Positions 29,294 to 38,345 of a stretch of DNA of 64,000 nucleotides are shown here, in pieces (positions within the stretch are counted from its first letter, which is position 1; each line of letters opens with the position of its first letter). The stretch spans positions 928,001-992,000 of the forward strand of contig CAVPCT010000003.1 in NCBI GenBank assembly GCA_963702475.1. The letters run 5' to 3'. A model generated the notes under the pieces. That model saw only the letters and a program-made list of their open reading frames with translations, ran no database searches and was not told where the DNA came from. The translations under genes were made by a program, and so were the position numbers. The DNA comes from an uncultured Thermoleophilia bacterium (lineage in GTDB: Bacteria; Actinomycetota; Thermoleophilia; UBA2241).

Positions 29294-30969
29294 CGCCCGA
29301 CCCGCTAGCCGCGGCCGTCACCACCAACCTCGGCGAGCACCTCTCCCGGGTCGCGGAGCGGCTGCCGGACAAGCCGGCCGTCGTGTGCCTCAAGGGCTCA
29401 GGGGCCCGGCTCGTCTGCACCAGCCGCACCTTCCGCGACCTGGACCGGGCGGCGGACCGGCTGGCGCACGCCTTCGTCCGCCGCGGCATCGGCAAGGGCG
29501 TGCGCACCATCCTGATGGTGCGGCCTTCGTTCGAGCTGTTCGCCGTCACGTTGGCGCTGCTGCGCACGGGTGCCGTGCCGGTGATGATCGACCCGGGCAT
29601 GGGTCGCCAGAGACTCGTCGACAACCTCTCGAGCGTGGAGGCCGGGGCGTACATCGGCATCCCGCTCGCCCAGGCGCTGCGCGTGCTGTCACCGGGCCGC
29701 TTCTCCACCGTGCGGACCGCCGTGACGGTGGGCCGCCGGCTGTCCTGGGGCGGCCCCACACTGCTCCAGTTGCTGCGCAGCGAGCCGTGGCGGCCGTTCG
29801 CGCCCGAGCCGTCGCGGCCGGACGACGTGGCCGCCGTCTTCTTCACGTCGGGCAGCACGGGCCCGCCCAAGGGCGTGGTGTACGAGCACGGCATGTTCGA
29901 CACGATGGCCGGCTACCTGCACACCCACTTCGGCTACGGGGAGGGCGACGTGGACCTGGCCACGTTCCCGATCTTCTCGCTGCTGGACGTGGTCCTCGGC
30001 ATCACCTCGGTCATCCCCGACATGGACCCGACCAAGCCGGGCAGGGCCGATCCCGCCATGATCGCCGAGGCGGTCAGGACCCAGGGATGCACGAGCATGT
30101 ACGCCTCGCCGGCTCTCCTCGAGAACCTGGCCCGCTGGGGCCGCGAGACCGGGACAAGGCTCCCGACCCTGCGCCGCATCGTGACCGCCGGGGCTCCGGC
30201 CCGTCCGGACCTGCTGGAGGCCCTGCACTCCCTGCTGCCGGTGGACTCTGTCATCTCGACGCCGTACGGCGCCACCGAGGTCCTGCCGGTGAGCACCATC
30301 GACAGCCGCGAGATCCTCACCCAGACGCGCCGCCTCACCGAGGCCGGCGCCGGCATGTGCGTGGGCAGACCGATGCGCGGCGTGGACGTCGCCATCATCG
30401 GCATCACCGACGACGCGATCGGCGCGTGGGACCAGGCCGAGCAGCTGCCGCGCGGCGCGATCGGCGAGATCGCCGTGCACGGCGCCAACGTCACCAAGGA
30501 GTACTTCCGCCGGCCCGAGGCCACTCGGCTGGCCAAGATCCCGGTCACGCCGGGCTCCACCGACGTGTGGCACCGTATGGGCGATGTCGGGCACGTCGAC
30601 GAGCAGGGCCGCCTGTGGTTCTGCGGGCGCATGGCCCACCGCGTGGAGACGGCCGCGGGGACGCTCTTCAGCATCCCGTGCGAGGCCGTCTTCAACGCCC
30701 ACCCCGGCGTGCGGCGCACTGCCCTGGTGGGCGTGGGTCCCCGCGGCGCGCAGCGGCCGGTCATCGTCGTCGAGCTGAAGAGGGACGACGACGGCGCCGA
30801 CCGGCGGCGGCTCAAGGACGGACTGCTCGCGCTGGGCGCACAGCACGAGCACACAGCGGGTATCCGCGACGTGCTCTACCACCGCGGGTTCCCCGTGGAC
30901 GTGCGCCACAACGCCAAGATCCGCCGCGAGGAGCTCGCCGTGTGGGCCGCCCGGGAGCTCGGGGTCTGA
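29290..30969 (+). CDS. oleC: OleC-like beta-lactone synthetase (adenylate-forming)
   Basis: IDPGMG, FTSGSTGPPKGV, DLATFPIF, TPYGATE, WHRMGD and FPVDVRHNAKI. Confidence 0.88.
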   Translation: MTPDPLAAAVTTNLGEHLSRVAERLPDKPAVVCLKGSGARLVCTSRTFRDLDRAADRLAHAFVRRGIGKGVRTILMVRPSFELFAVTLALLRTGAVPVMIDPGMGRQRLVDNLSSVEAGAYIGIPLAQALRVLSPGRFSTVRTAVTVGRRLSWGGPTLLQLLRSEPWRPFAPEPSRPDDVAAVFFTSGSTGPPKGVVYEHGMFDTMAGYLHTHFGYGEGDVDLATFPIFSLLDVVLGITSVIPDMDPTKPGRADPAMIAEAVRTQGCTSMYASPALLENLARWGRETGTRLPTLRRIVTAGAPARPDLLEALHSLLPVDSVISTPYGATEVLPVSTIDSREILTQTRRLTEAGAGMCVGRPMRGVDVAIIGITDDAIGAWDQAEQLPRGAIGEIAVHGANVTKEYFRRPEATRLAKIPVTPGSTDVWHRMGDVGHVDEQGRLWFCGRMAHRVETAAGTLFSIPCEAVFNAHPGVRRTALVGVGPRGAQRPVIVVELKRDDDGADRRRLKDGLLALGAQHEHTAGIRDVLYHRGFPVDVRHNAKIRREELAVWAARELGV

Positions 30970-30994
30970 TGGCCACCCGGGATCTCGGCGTCTG

Positions 30995-32050
30995 ATGCGG
31001 ACGCGGCCGGACGTGCTCGTCACCGGCGGCGGCGGCTTCCTCGGCCGCGCGCTGGTGCGCGGCCTGCTCGCACAGGGTCACAGGGTGCGCAGCTTCTCGC
31101 GCGGCGCGTATCCCGACCTCGAGGCGCTCGGCGTGGAGGTGCTGCGCGGCGACCTCGTGGATGCCGCCGCGGTGCGCCGCGCGTGCGCCGGCTGCGAGGT
31201 GGTCTTCCACAACGCCGCCCGGGCGGCGGTGTGGGGCCGGTACGACGCGTTCGCCGGCCCCAACGTCGCCGGCACGCGCAACGTGCTTGAAGCGTGCCGG
31301 GCCGAGGGCGTGCCGCGCCTGGTGTTCACGAGCACGGCGAGCGTGGTGTTCGGGCGCGAGGATATCCGCGGCGGGGACGAGTCCCTTGCGTACCCCCGCC
31401 GCCCGGCCTCGCCGTACGCCGCCACCAAGGCCGAGGCCGAGCGCATGGTGCTGGCCGCCGATGGTCCGGGGTTGCGGACCGTCGCCCTGCGCCCGCACCT
31501 CATCTGGGGGCCGGGCGACACCCAGATCGTGCCGCGCATCATCGCCCAGGCGCGGGCCGGCAGGGTGTTCCGCGTGGGTGACGGCACCAACGTCGTGGAC
31601 ACCACGTACATCGACAACGCCGTGGACGCGCACCTGCTGGCGGCGCGCGCCCTGCTCGGCGGCTCGCGCGCCGCGGGCCGCGCCTACTTCATCAGCAACG
31701 GCGAGCCGGCCAACCTGTGGCTGCTCATCGACCGCATCCTGGCCGAGGCCGGCCTGCCCCCGGTCGAGCGCTCCGTCCCGGCGCCGCTGGCCGTCGGCCT
31801 CGGCGCCGCCGTTGGCGCGCTGCACGAATGGCTCCGCCGGCCCGGCGAGCCGCGCCTCACGCGCTTTCTCGTCGAGGAGCTCTGCACCTCGCACTGGTTC
31901 GACATCGGGGCCGCCCGGCGCGACCTCGGGTACGTGCCGGCGGTGAGCCTCGAGGAGGGCCTGCGGCGGCTCGGGGAGTCGCTCAGAGCCGGCGGCGGGG
32001 CCCCGGCCGGCGATGCGGCCGGCAGTCCCGGCCCCGGTCCTACGCCCTGA
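30995..32050 (+). CDS. oleD: OleD-like 2-alkyl-3-oxoalkanoate reductase (extended SDR, 3beta-HSD family)
   Basis: VTGGGGFLG, YAATK, LRPHLIWGPGD, YIDNA and HWFDI.AARRDLGY. Confidence 0.85.
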   Translation: MRTRPDVLVTGGGGFLGRALVRGLLAQGHRVRSFSRGAYPDLEALGVEVLRGDLVDAAAVRRACAGCEVVFHNAARAAVWGRYDAFAGPNVAGTRNVLEACRAEGVPRLVFTSTASVVFGREDIRGGDESLAYPRRPASPYAATKAEAERMVLAADGPGLRTVALRPHLIWGPGDTQIVPRIIAQARAGRVFRVGDGTNVVDTTYIDNAVDAHLLAARALLGGSRAAGRAYFISNGEPANLWLLIDRILAEAGLPPVERSVPAPLAVGLGAAVGALHEWLRRPGEPRLTRFLVEELCTSHWFDIGAARRDLGYVPAVSLEEGLRRLGESLRAGGGAPAGDAAGSPGPGPTP

Positions 32051-33155
32051 ACACCACCGCGGGGTCCACCGTGGCGATCCTGCGCAGCGGGATGAACGCT
32101 GCGATCAGGCCCATGAACAGCGCAGCGACGGCCACGAGCGCGAGGTCGCGCGACTGGATGCTGGTGATGAACTGCGGCACCCACTCCTCCGCACCGCGGG
32201 CGGCCAGGAGCGAGACGGCCACGCCCACGGCGTAGCCGGCCATGGCCGAGAACACGGCCTGCACGCCCACCACGAGCAGCATCTGCCCGTTGCGCGCGCC
32301 GACGGCCTTCAGGATGCCGTAGTCGCGCCGGTGCTCCAGGACTGCCGAGTAGATGGTGAGGCCGATCACGGCGACGCCGATGACGAAGCCGATCGCCAGA
32401 AGGACGCCCAGCACAGGCAGGAAACCCTCGTTGATGACCCGCCGGTTGGCCTTGATGATCTCGGGGAGGGACTTCACCATCACGCCGGCTCCGGCGGCTC
32501 GCACCTGGTCTCTCACGAACCCGACCGGCGCGTCCTCCTCGTAGACGAGCAGGAAGCCGGTCACCAGGTCCTTCGACTCCAGCAGCTCGCGCGCGCGGCG
32601 GCGCGTAACGAAGCCGTACTGGAACACCACCATGTCGCCGCCATCGCTGAGGCCGGCGACCTCCAGCCGCTGGTCGTTGATGTCCAGGTCGTCCCCGAGC
32701 GCGACGTCGTGTCGTCTCGCGAAGACCTTGTCCACGATGATCTGCCGGTCTGTGATCTCGCGCGTGCCCGAGTCCATCGCGAGGGGCCCCGGCCCCGGGC
32801 CCTTGCGGCCGGGGTTGAAGGCCGCGATCTTGAGCGCCACGTCCTTGCCGTCGATCTTGAAGCCGAGTTGCCGGGCGGAGTACGGGACGACCTCCTTGAC
32901 GCCGTAGATACTCTCCAGCCGGTCCGCCAAGTCCAGAGGCAACCGGGAGTACGAGAAGGCCAGGTCGGCGCTCCCCTGCTGCAGCACCCAGGCGTCGACG
33001 TGCATGCTGTCGTAGTAGTCGTTGACCTTGGTCTCGTACGCGAGGTACAGCCCCCTCAGGAGCACGATGAGCACGACGGCGAACGCCACGCCGCCGATCG
33101 AGATCGCGAGGCGTGTCTTCTCCTTGAACAGGTTCTTGCGCGCGAGCGTCAGCAT
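32040..33155 (-). CDS. ABC exporter permease, MacB/FtsX (DevC-like) family (copy B)
   Basis: 371 aa, colinear and gap-free with 25047-26162; 3' end overlaps the oleD stop. Confidence 0.88.
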   Translation of the reverse strand: MLTLARKNLFKEKTRLAISIGGVAFAVVLIVLLRGLYLAYETKVNDYYDSMHVDAWVLQQGSADLAFSYSRLPLDLADRLESIYGVKEVVPYSARQLGFKIDGKDVALKIAAFNPGRKGPGPGPLAMDSGTREITDRQIIVDKVFARRHDVALGDDLDINDQRLEVAGLSDGGDMVVFQYGFVTRRRARELLESKDLVTGFLLVYEEDAPVGFVRDQVRAAGAGVMVKSLPEIIKANRRVINEGFLPVLGVLLAIGFVIGVAVIGLTIYSAVLEHRRDYGILKAVGARNGQMLLVVGVQAVFSAMAGYAVGVAVSLLAARGAEEWVPQFITSIQSRDLALVAVAALFMGLIAAFIPLRRIATVDPAVVFRA

Positions 33156-33267
33156 CCCCGGATTCCCGCCCCTTCCACGCTCTCGATGCTACCACCGGGT
33201 CCGTAGCGGCGCGGCGGAGGCCTGGGGCCGCGCCGCGCACCCCGGCGGTGCGCCGCGCGGGACGGGG

Positions 33268-34524
33268 TCAGACAGCCGCCGGCGCGCGCCTCGCGCCTCG
33301 CTCTCCGTCCATGGGATAGGGAAGGCTGGCGCCGTCCGGGATGGTGTCGACGTACCTCGCCCGGAACTCCGGGGACTGCATGCGGCAGCGGATGGACCGC
33401 TTCCGGTAGGCGGGATGGTCGAGCATGCGCCACCACAGATCGGCGACCGGGGCGTCCTGCACGTTGCCGAAGGAGAGAGGCGTGAAGTCGCAAGGCGTGA
33501 GGTCACCTTGCGTCGTCACGTGGAGCTGCAGGTTGCCGGCCAGGCACCCGATCAGCAGGCTGAAGCCACGCCCGCTGTTCGTCCAGGACTGCGTGATGAC
33601 CCGCAGCCGCCCGCGGTGCACGCGGTTCAGGTCGTGCGCCTCGGCGATCAGCCTGCGCTTGTGCTGCTCGTCGAGCAGCGGTTCGCAGCCGCGCAGCAGC
33701 TTGCCGGTACGGATGCCGTCGAAGACGCTGATCTCGCTCACGCCCCACTCCTCTCCGAGCGCGGCCACGCGCGTGAGCTTGCGCCCGTCGACGGACTCGT
33801 TGTCGGCGTAGGTACTGAGGCCGACGAGCAGTCCGGCCTCGCGCGCGGCGCGCGCCGCCTGGGCGACGGCCTGGAAGACGCCCTCGCGGCCGCGGCCACG
33901 GTCGTGCTCGGCCTCGTCCGGATCGTCCAGACTGAGGTGGATGCCGTAGGCGCCGGCCGCCCGGAGTTGTGAGAGCCGTTCGGGCGAAGCATCGAGGCCG
34001 TTGCAGAAGAACTCGGCCACGGCCCTGTCTCGAGGCACGGAGGCGATGAGCTCGTCGATGTCGCGACGTAGCAGAGGCTCCCCGCCGGTGAACGTGACGA
34101 CGGACGTCCCCAGCTCGACGCACTCGCCGATGACCCGCTTCCACGTGGCGGTGTCCAGTGGCGCCGTGCCGCGCGGACGGAGGGCGGCGCTGCAGTGCTC
34201 GCAGCTGAGCTGGCAGGCGTCGGTGAGCGCCAGCGTCGCGGCCATGGGCGTGCGCCGGCCGAAGAGTCGGTTCCGCAAGAAGTTCTCGAGCTGGTAGTTG
34301 TGGGCGGGGCTAGGAATGGGGGGGAGGTAGAGCGAGAAGATGTAGCTGTCGCCGCGGACGCGCACCGGCCGCAGCATGTTGTGCCACGCGAAGTAGGTGA
34401 GCAGCGACGTGCGCAGGCGTGGCGAGGCGGGGCCGTGCACGCGGTAGTGCAAACGCCCGCGCGCCGCCCACACATCAAGAGCGACGCCCTGCAACTCCGG
34501 CGTGTGGTCGAACCGGTAGACCAC
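33268..34524 (-). CDS. Radical SAM protein with SPASM/Twitch-like C-terminus (copy B)
   Basis: CQLSCEHC, FTGGEP, GCLAG...TPCDF; GTG start at 34524 inferred by alignment to copy A. Confidence 0.88.
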   Translation of the reverse strand: MVYRFDHTPELQGVALDVWAARGRLHYRVHGPASPRLRTSLLTYFAWHNMLRPVRVRGDSYIFSLYLPPIPSPAHNYQLENFLRNRLFGRRTPMAATLALTDACQLSCEHCSAALRPRGTAPLDTATWKRVIGECVELGTSVVTFTGGEPLLRRDIDELIASVPRDRAVAEFFCNGLDASPERLSQLRAAGAYGIHLSLDDPDEAEHDRGRGREGVFQAVAQAARAAREAGLLVGLSTYADNESVDGRKLTRVAALGEEWGVSEISVFDGIRTGKLLRGCEPLLDEQHKRRLIAEAHDLNRVHRGRLRVITQSWTNSGRGFSLLIGCLAGNLQLHVTTQGDLTPCDFTPLSFGNVQDAPVADLWWRMLDHPAYRKRSIRCRMQSPEFRARYVDTIPDGASLPYPMDGERGARRAPAAV

Positions 34525-34676
34525 CGTGCACCCCCCGCGTGATTCGGACCGTACGAGCCATGGTATCCGATGCGCGGGATGCCGGGCGGAAGGTCCCGGT
34601 ACCGGAGCGGACGAGAGTGACAGTCCTGTCCCGGCACGCCGGCCCTGCCGCGGCCCTCCCGGCCCTGCAGTAGGCT

Positions 34677-35606
34677 GTGCCGGTGTCCGGACGCCCTCCC
34701 GTCTCCGCGTACCTCGCCGCACTCGGCATGACCGTGGCCTTCGGCATGTCGTTCGTGGCCACCAAGGTGGCGCTGCGCGGCTTCGAGCCGCTGCTCATCG
34801 CGCTGCTGCGCTTCTCCCTCGCCGGCGCGGCTCTGTGGCTCGTGTGGCGGGCGCTCCCCAGGCGGGGGCGAGCCGCCCCCGGGGACCTCCGGCGGCTCGC
34901 CCTCCTCGGATTCGTCTCCCTGACGGTCTACTTCAGCTTCGAGAACCTGGGCATCGCCCGCACGAGCGCGTCGGCCGCGGCGATCCTCATCGGCGTCATC
35001 CCGGTGTTCGTGCTCATCCTGAATCACTTCACGCTGCGTGAGCCGGCCGCGGCGCGCCAGTGGCTGGGTGTCGCCCTGTCGTTCGCCGGCATCGTCGCCC
35101 TCGTTCTTGCGGCCGGGGCGGCCTCCGGCGGCAGCCTCACAGGGAACCTGCTCGTCCTCGCGGCGTCGCTGGCGGCGGCGGTCTACAGCCTGCTGGCCCG
35201 CCGCCTGCTGCTGCGCCGTTCGGCGCTGTTCGTCACCGCCTGGCAGAACCTGTTCGGGGCGCTGTTCATGGCGCCGCTCGCGCTCGTCGAGGCCGTGCTC
35301 ACCGGCGTGCGGCAACCCACGGGCGCGTCCGTGACGGGCGTTCTCTTCCTGACGGTGGTGTGCTCGATGCTGGCGTACCTGCTTCTCAATTACGCTTTCC
35401 GCTTCCTGCCGGCGAGTCGCGTCGGCCCGTTCATCAACCTCACGCCGGTGGTGGCGGTGGCGGGAGCCTACGTCGTGCTCGGGGAGCGGTTCACGGTGGC
35501 GCAGGCCGTCGCCGCGGCCGTCGTGGTGGCGGGGGTGTGGCTGGCGAACAGCGGTCCGCGAGGCGCCGCCGAGGGCCCGCCGGTCAGAAGTCCATCGGGA
35601 GGATGA
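34677..35606 (+). CDS. EamA/DMT family transporter
   Basis: About 10 TMs in two repeats; SFVATK, LRF and FINLTPV motifs. Confidence 0.88.
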   Translation: MPVSGRPPVSAYLAALGMTVAFGMSFVATKVALRGFEPLLIALLRFSLAGAALWLVWRALPRRGRAAPGDLRRLALLGFVSLTVYFSFENLGIARTSASAAAILIGVIPVFVLILNHFTLREPAAARQWLGVALSFAGIVALVLAAGAASGGSLTGNLLVLAASLAAAVYSLLARRLLLRRSALFVTAWQNLFGALFMAPLALVEAVLTGVRQPTGASVTGVLFLTVVCSMLAYLLLNYAFRFLPASRVGPFINLTPVVAVAGAYVVLGERFTVAQAVAAAVVVAGVWLANSGPRGAAEGPPVRSPSGG

Positions 35607-36042
35607 GGTCTCGGGCGAGCGCCAGGAGCAGCTTCTCGGCCTCCTCCTCGAAGTTCCTGCGGCTCAGCGTGTCCGCCTGGCGGGCGAGCGCCTGCGCGTG
35701 GTGGTACAGCGTCCGGTTCAGGTCCTCGACCGCTCCGCGGCCGAGCACGATGCGGGTCCACGCCTCGCAGTTGGGGCAGCGCATCAGCAGGTTCCAGTCG
35801 CCGTCGCGGTTGCGCTCCCAGTCCTCCGGATAGATGAACTCGCTCGCGCAGCGGCTGCAGACGGAGGGAGCGGCCACGAGGCGGGGGCCGTCGGCAGCCG
35901 GCGCCGCAGGCCGCGCGCCTGCCGGCTCCCGGGTGTGCGCCGCCCGGTGGCCGCCGGCGTCGTCTCGTGAGGGCGAGGCGAAGACCGTGATCTCGAGAGC
36001 GGTCCCGTCGGGCAGGATGAAGCGTTCGCGTCTCGGTCGCAT
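35584..36042 (-). CDS. Hypothetical Cys4 (zinc-ribbon-like) protein
   Basis: CSRC...CPNC followed by a helical C-terminus ending LILPMDF; GAGGGAGG upstream. Start is 36042 or 36051. Confidence 0.75.
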   Translation of the reverse strand: MRPRRERFILPDGTALEITVFASPSRDDAGGHRAAHTREPAGARPAAPAADGPRLVAAPSVCSRCASEFIYPEDWERNRDGDWNLLMRCPNCEAWTRIVLGRGAVEDLNRTLYHHAQALARQADTLSRRNFEEEAEKLLLALARDLILPMDF

Positions 36043-36252
36043 GTAGCGCATCGCCTGCCTCCCTCAGTCCGCTCGCTCGACCGCTCTCCAGACAGTATCG
36101 GAGCGCACGGGCCCGCGATTGAGTCGCGGCGTTGTCTGGACAGGCTACGGAGAGGAGACCACTGCGCCGACCCGGCCGGGACCGCCGGTCCGTCTGGACA
36201 GCCTTGCGCGAGGTGGGCCATACTGGACCCCGCGCCGCCAGGCGCGTGACCG

Positions 36253-37107
36253 ATGACCGACGTCCCCAGCGATATCCAGGACCCCGCCTCCCTGCCCATC
36301 GGCATGTTCGACTCGGGCATGGGCGGTCTCACCGTGCTGCACGAGTGTCTCGTGCAGCTTCCGCGTGAGAACTTCGCCTACGTGGGCGACACGGCGCGGT
36401 TCCCGTACGGAGACAAGGACCGCGCCGATCTCCAGCTCTTCGCGCGGCAGCTCACGGCCTTCCTCGAGACGGTGCCGTGTAAGCTCATCGTGGTCGCGTG
36501 CTACTCCGCCACCTCGGCCGCGCTCCCACTGCTGCAGCAGCAGTTCGACACGCCGATCATCGGCGTGGTCATGCCGGGGGCGCGGGCGGCGGTCCAGACT
36601 TCCCGGTACCGCCGCATCGGCGTCCTGGCCACGGAGGCCACCGTAGCCAGCGGCGCGTACCCCCGCGCCATCCACGGCCTCGACGAGGGCGCCGAGGTCA
36701 TCCAGCAGGCGTGCCCGGGCCTCGTCTCGTTCATCGAGTCGGGCGACGTGGCCAGCCAGGCGCTGGCCGACGCCGTGCGCGGCTTCACCGAGCCGCTCAA
36801 GGCGCAGCGCCCGGACGTCGTCATCATGGGCTGCACGCACTACCCGCTCGTGGCACCCATGCTGCAGCGCTTCCTGGGACGGGACGTCACCTTGGTCAAC
36901 CCGGCCGCCGAGATCGCCCGCGAGGTGGAAGACACGCTGCTGCGTCAGGGATCCGCGCGCAGCGAGGACCGCGTCGGCTCCTACAGGTTCTACGCGACGG
37001 GCGACGTCGACGCGTTCAGGACGGTGGGCGCGCGCTTCCTGCAGATGCCGCTCACACGGGTGCGCCACCTGCCGCTCGAGACGCTGGCCGGGCTGGTGCG
37101 CGTGTGA
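36253..37107 (+). CDS. murI: Glutamate racemase
   Basis: FDSGMGGLTV, GDTARFPYG, VACYSA and MGCTHYP. Confidence 0.95.
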   Translation: MTDVPSDIQDPASLPIGMFDSGMGGLTVLHECLVQLPRENFAYVGDTARFPYGDKDRADLQLFARQLTAFLETVPCKLIVVACYSATSAALPLLQQQFDTPIIGVVMPGARAAVQTSRYRRIGVLATEATVASGAYPRAIHGLDEGAEVIQQACPGLVSFIESGDVASQALADAVRGFTEPLKAQRPDVVIMGCTHYPLVAPMLQRFLGRDVTLVNPAAEIAREVEDTLLRQGSARSEDRVGSYRFYATGDVDAFRTVGARFLQMPLTRVRHLPLETLAGLVRV

Positions 37108-37589
37108 ACACCCGCTTTCTCGCGCGCGCGGCCATGTACGCCGCACTCTACGCCACGCTCACGCTCATGCCGGGGCTCAACGCCCTCGCCTACGGGGCCG
37201 TGCAGTTCCGCGTGGCCGAGTCGCTTCTGCCGTTCGCCTGCATCGACCCCGCCGCCGTTGTCGGGCTCACGCTGGGCACCGCCCTGGGCAACCTCGGTAG
37301 TCCCATGTTCTTCGTCGACGTGGTGTTCGGCGCGCTGCTCACGCTGGTCGCCGTCTCGCTGATGTATCGTATCGGTCCGCGCTGGTACGCCCTGGCCGTG
37401 CCCGTGGTGGTCAACGGCCTCGGCGTGGCGGCCATGCTCGCCGTCGTGCTGGACCTGCCGTTCTGGGCGAGCGCCGTGTGGGTGAGCGCGGGCGAGGCGG
37501 CCGTCATGGCCACCGGCGGCGCCGTGGTGCTGGTGCTGGTGCGCCGCCGCTCCGACCTGTTCGGGACGATGCGCCCCGACGCCGGCTGA
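37104..37589 (+). CDS. queT: QueT family transporter
   Basis: AALYATLT...LAYGAVQFRVAE.L and GEA motifs; GTG overlaps the murI stop. Confidence 0.8.
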   Translation: MNTRFLARAAMYAALYATLTLMPGLNALAYGAVQFRVAESLLPFACIDPAAVVGLTLGTALGNLGSPMFFVDVVFGALLTLVAVSLMYRIGPRWYALAVPVVVNGLGVAAMLAVVLDLPFWASAVWVSAGEAAVMATGGAVVLVLVRRRSDLFGTMRPDAG

Positions 37590-37617
37590 GTGTCCGGGGC
37601 GCGCTGAAAGGACCGTT

Positions 37618-38337
37618 GTGAGACAAGGACGCAAAGCAGACGAACTGCGGGCGCTCAGCATCGAGCCGGCCGTGGCCAAGTTCGCGGCCGGCTCGGCGCG
37701 CATCGCGCTGGGAGACACGATCGTGCTCTGCACGGCGTCACTGAGCGAGGGCGTGCCGCCCTGGCTGCGCGGCTCGGGCCGCGGCTGGCTCACGGCGGAG
37801 TACAGCATGCTGCCGGGGGCCACGCCCACGCGCACGCAGCGCGAGGCGGTGCGCGGCAAGCAGGGCGGCCGCACCATGGAGATCCAGCGCCTCGTCGGGC
37901 GCAGCCTGCGCGGCGTCACCGACCTGGGCATCATCGGCGAGCGCACCATCACCGTGGACTGCGACGTGCTGCAGGCCGACGGCGGCACGCGCACGGCGAG
38001 CATCACCGGCGGATATGTGGCCGTGTACCAGGTCGCGGCCAGGCTCAAGGACATGTTGGGCCTGAACGAGCTGCCGTTGTTCGACACGCTGTCCGCCGTC
38101 TCCGTGGGCGTGGTCGACGGCCAGGTGCTGCTCGACCTCGACTACGCCGAGGACTCGGCGGCCGAGGTCGACATGAACGTGGTGATGACCGGCGACGGGC
38201 GTCTGGTCGAGGTGCAGGCCACGGCCGAGGGCGAGCCTTACGCGCGCGAGACGCTCGACCGGATGCTGGACCTGGCCGCGCGGGGCGCGGCCGCCCTGGC
38301 GGCCGCGCAGACCGCGGCCACGGCGACCCTGGGCTGA
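37618..38337 (+). CDS. rph: Ribonuclease PH
   Basis: GWLTAEYSMLP, GRTMEIQRLVGRSLR and DCDVLQADGGTRTASITG. Confidence 0.97.
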   Translation: MRQGRKADELRALSIEPAVAKFAAGSARIALGDTIVLCTASLSEGVPPWLRGSGRGWLTAEYSMLPGATPTRTQREAVRGKQGGRTMEIQRLVGRSLRGVTDLGIIGERTITVDCDVLQADGGTRTASITGGYVAVYQVAARLKDMLGLNELPLFDTLSAVSVGVVDGQVLLDLDYAEDSAAEVDMNVVMTGDGRLVEVQATAEGEPYARETLDRMLDLAARGAAALAAAQTAATATLG

Positions 38338-38345
38338 GGCGCGCC

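Noticed and set aside
27396-30995. 1199-aa ORF suggesting a giant fused enzyme
   Set aside because: Only about 28263-28834 (the OleB N-half) is protein-like; the rest is an off-frame shadow of neighbouring genes, opened up by indels.
37060-37104. preQ1 riboswitch before queT
   Set aside because: queT overlaps the murI stop, leaving no leader space.
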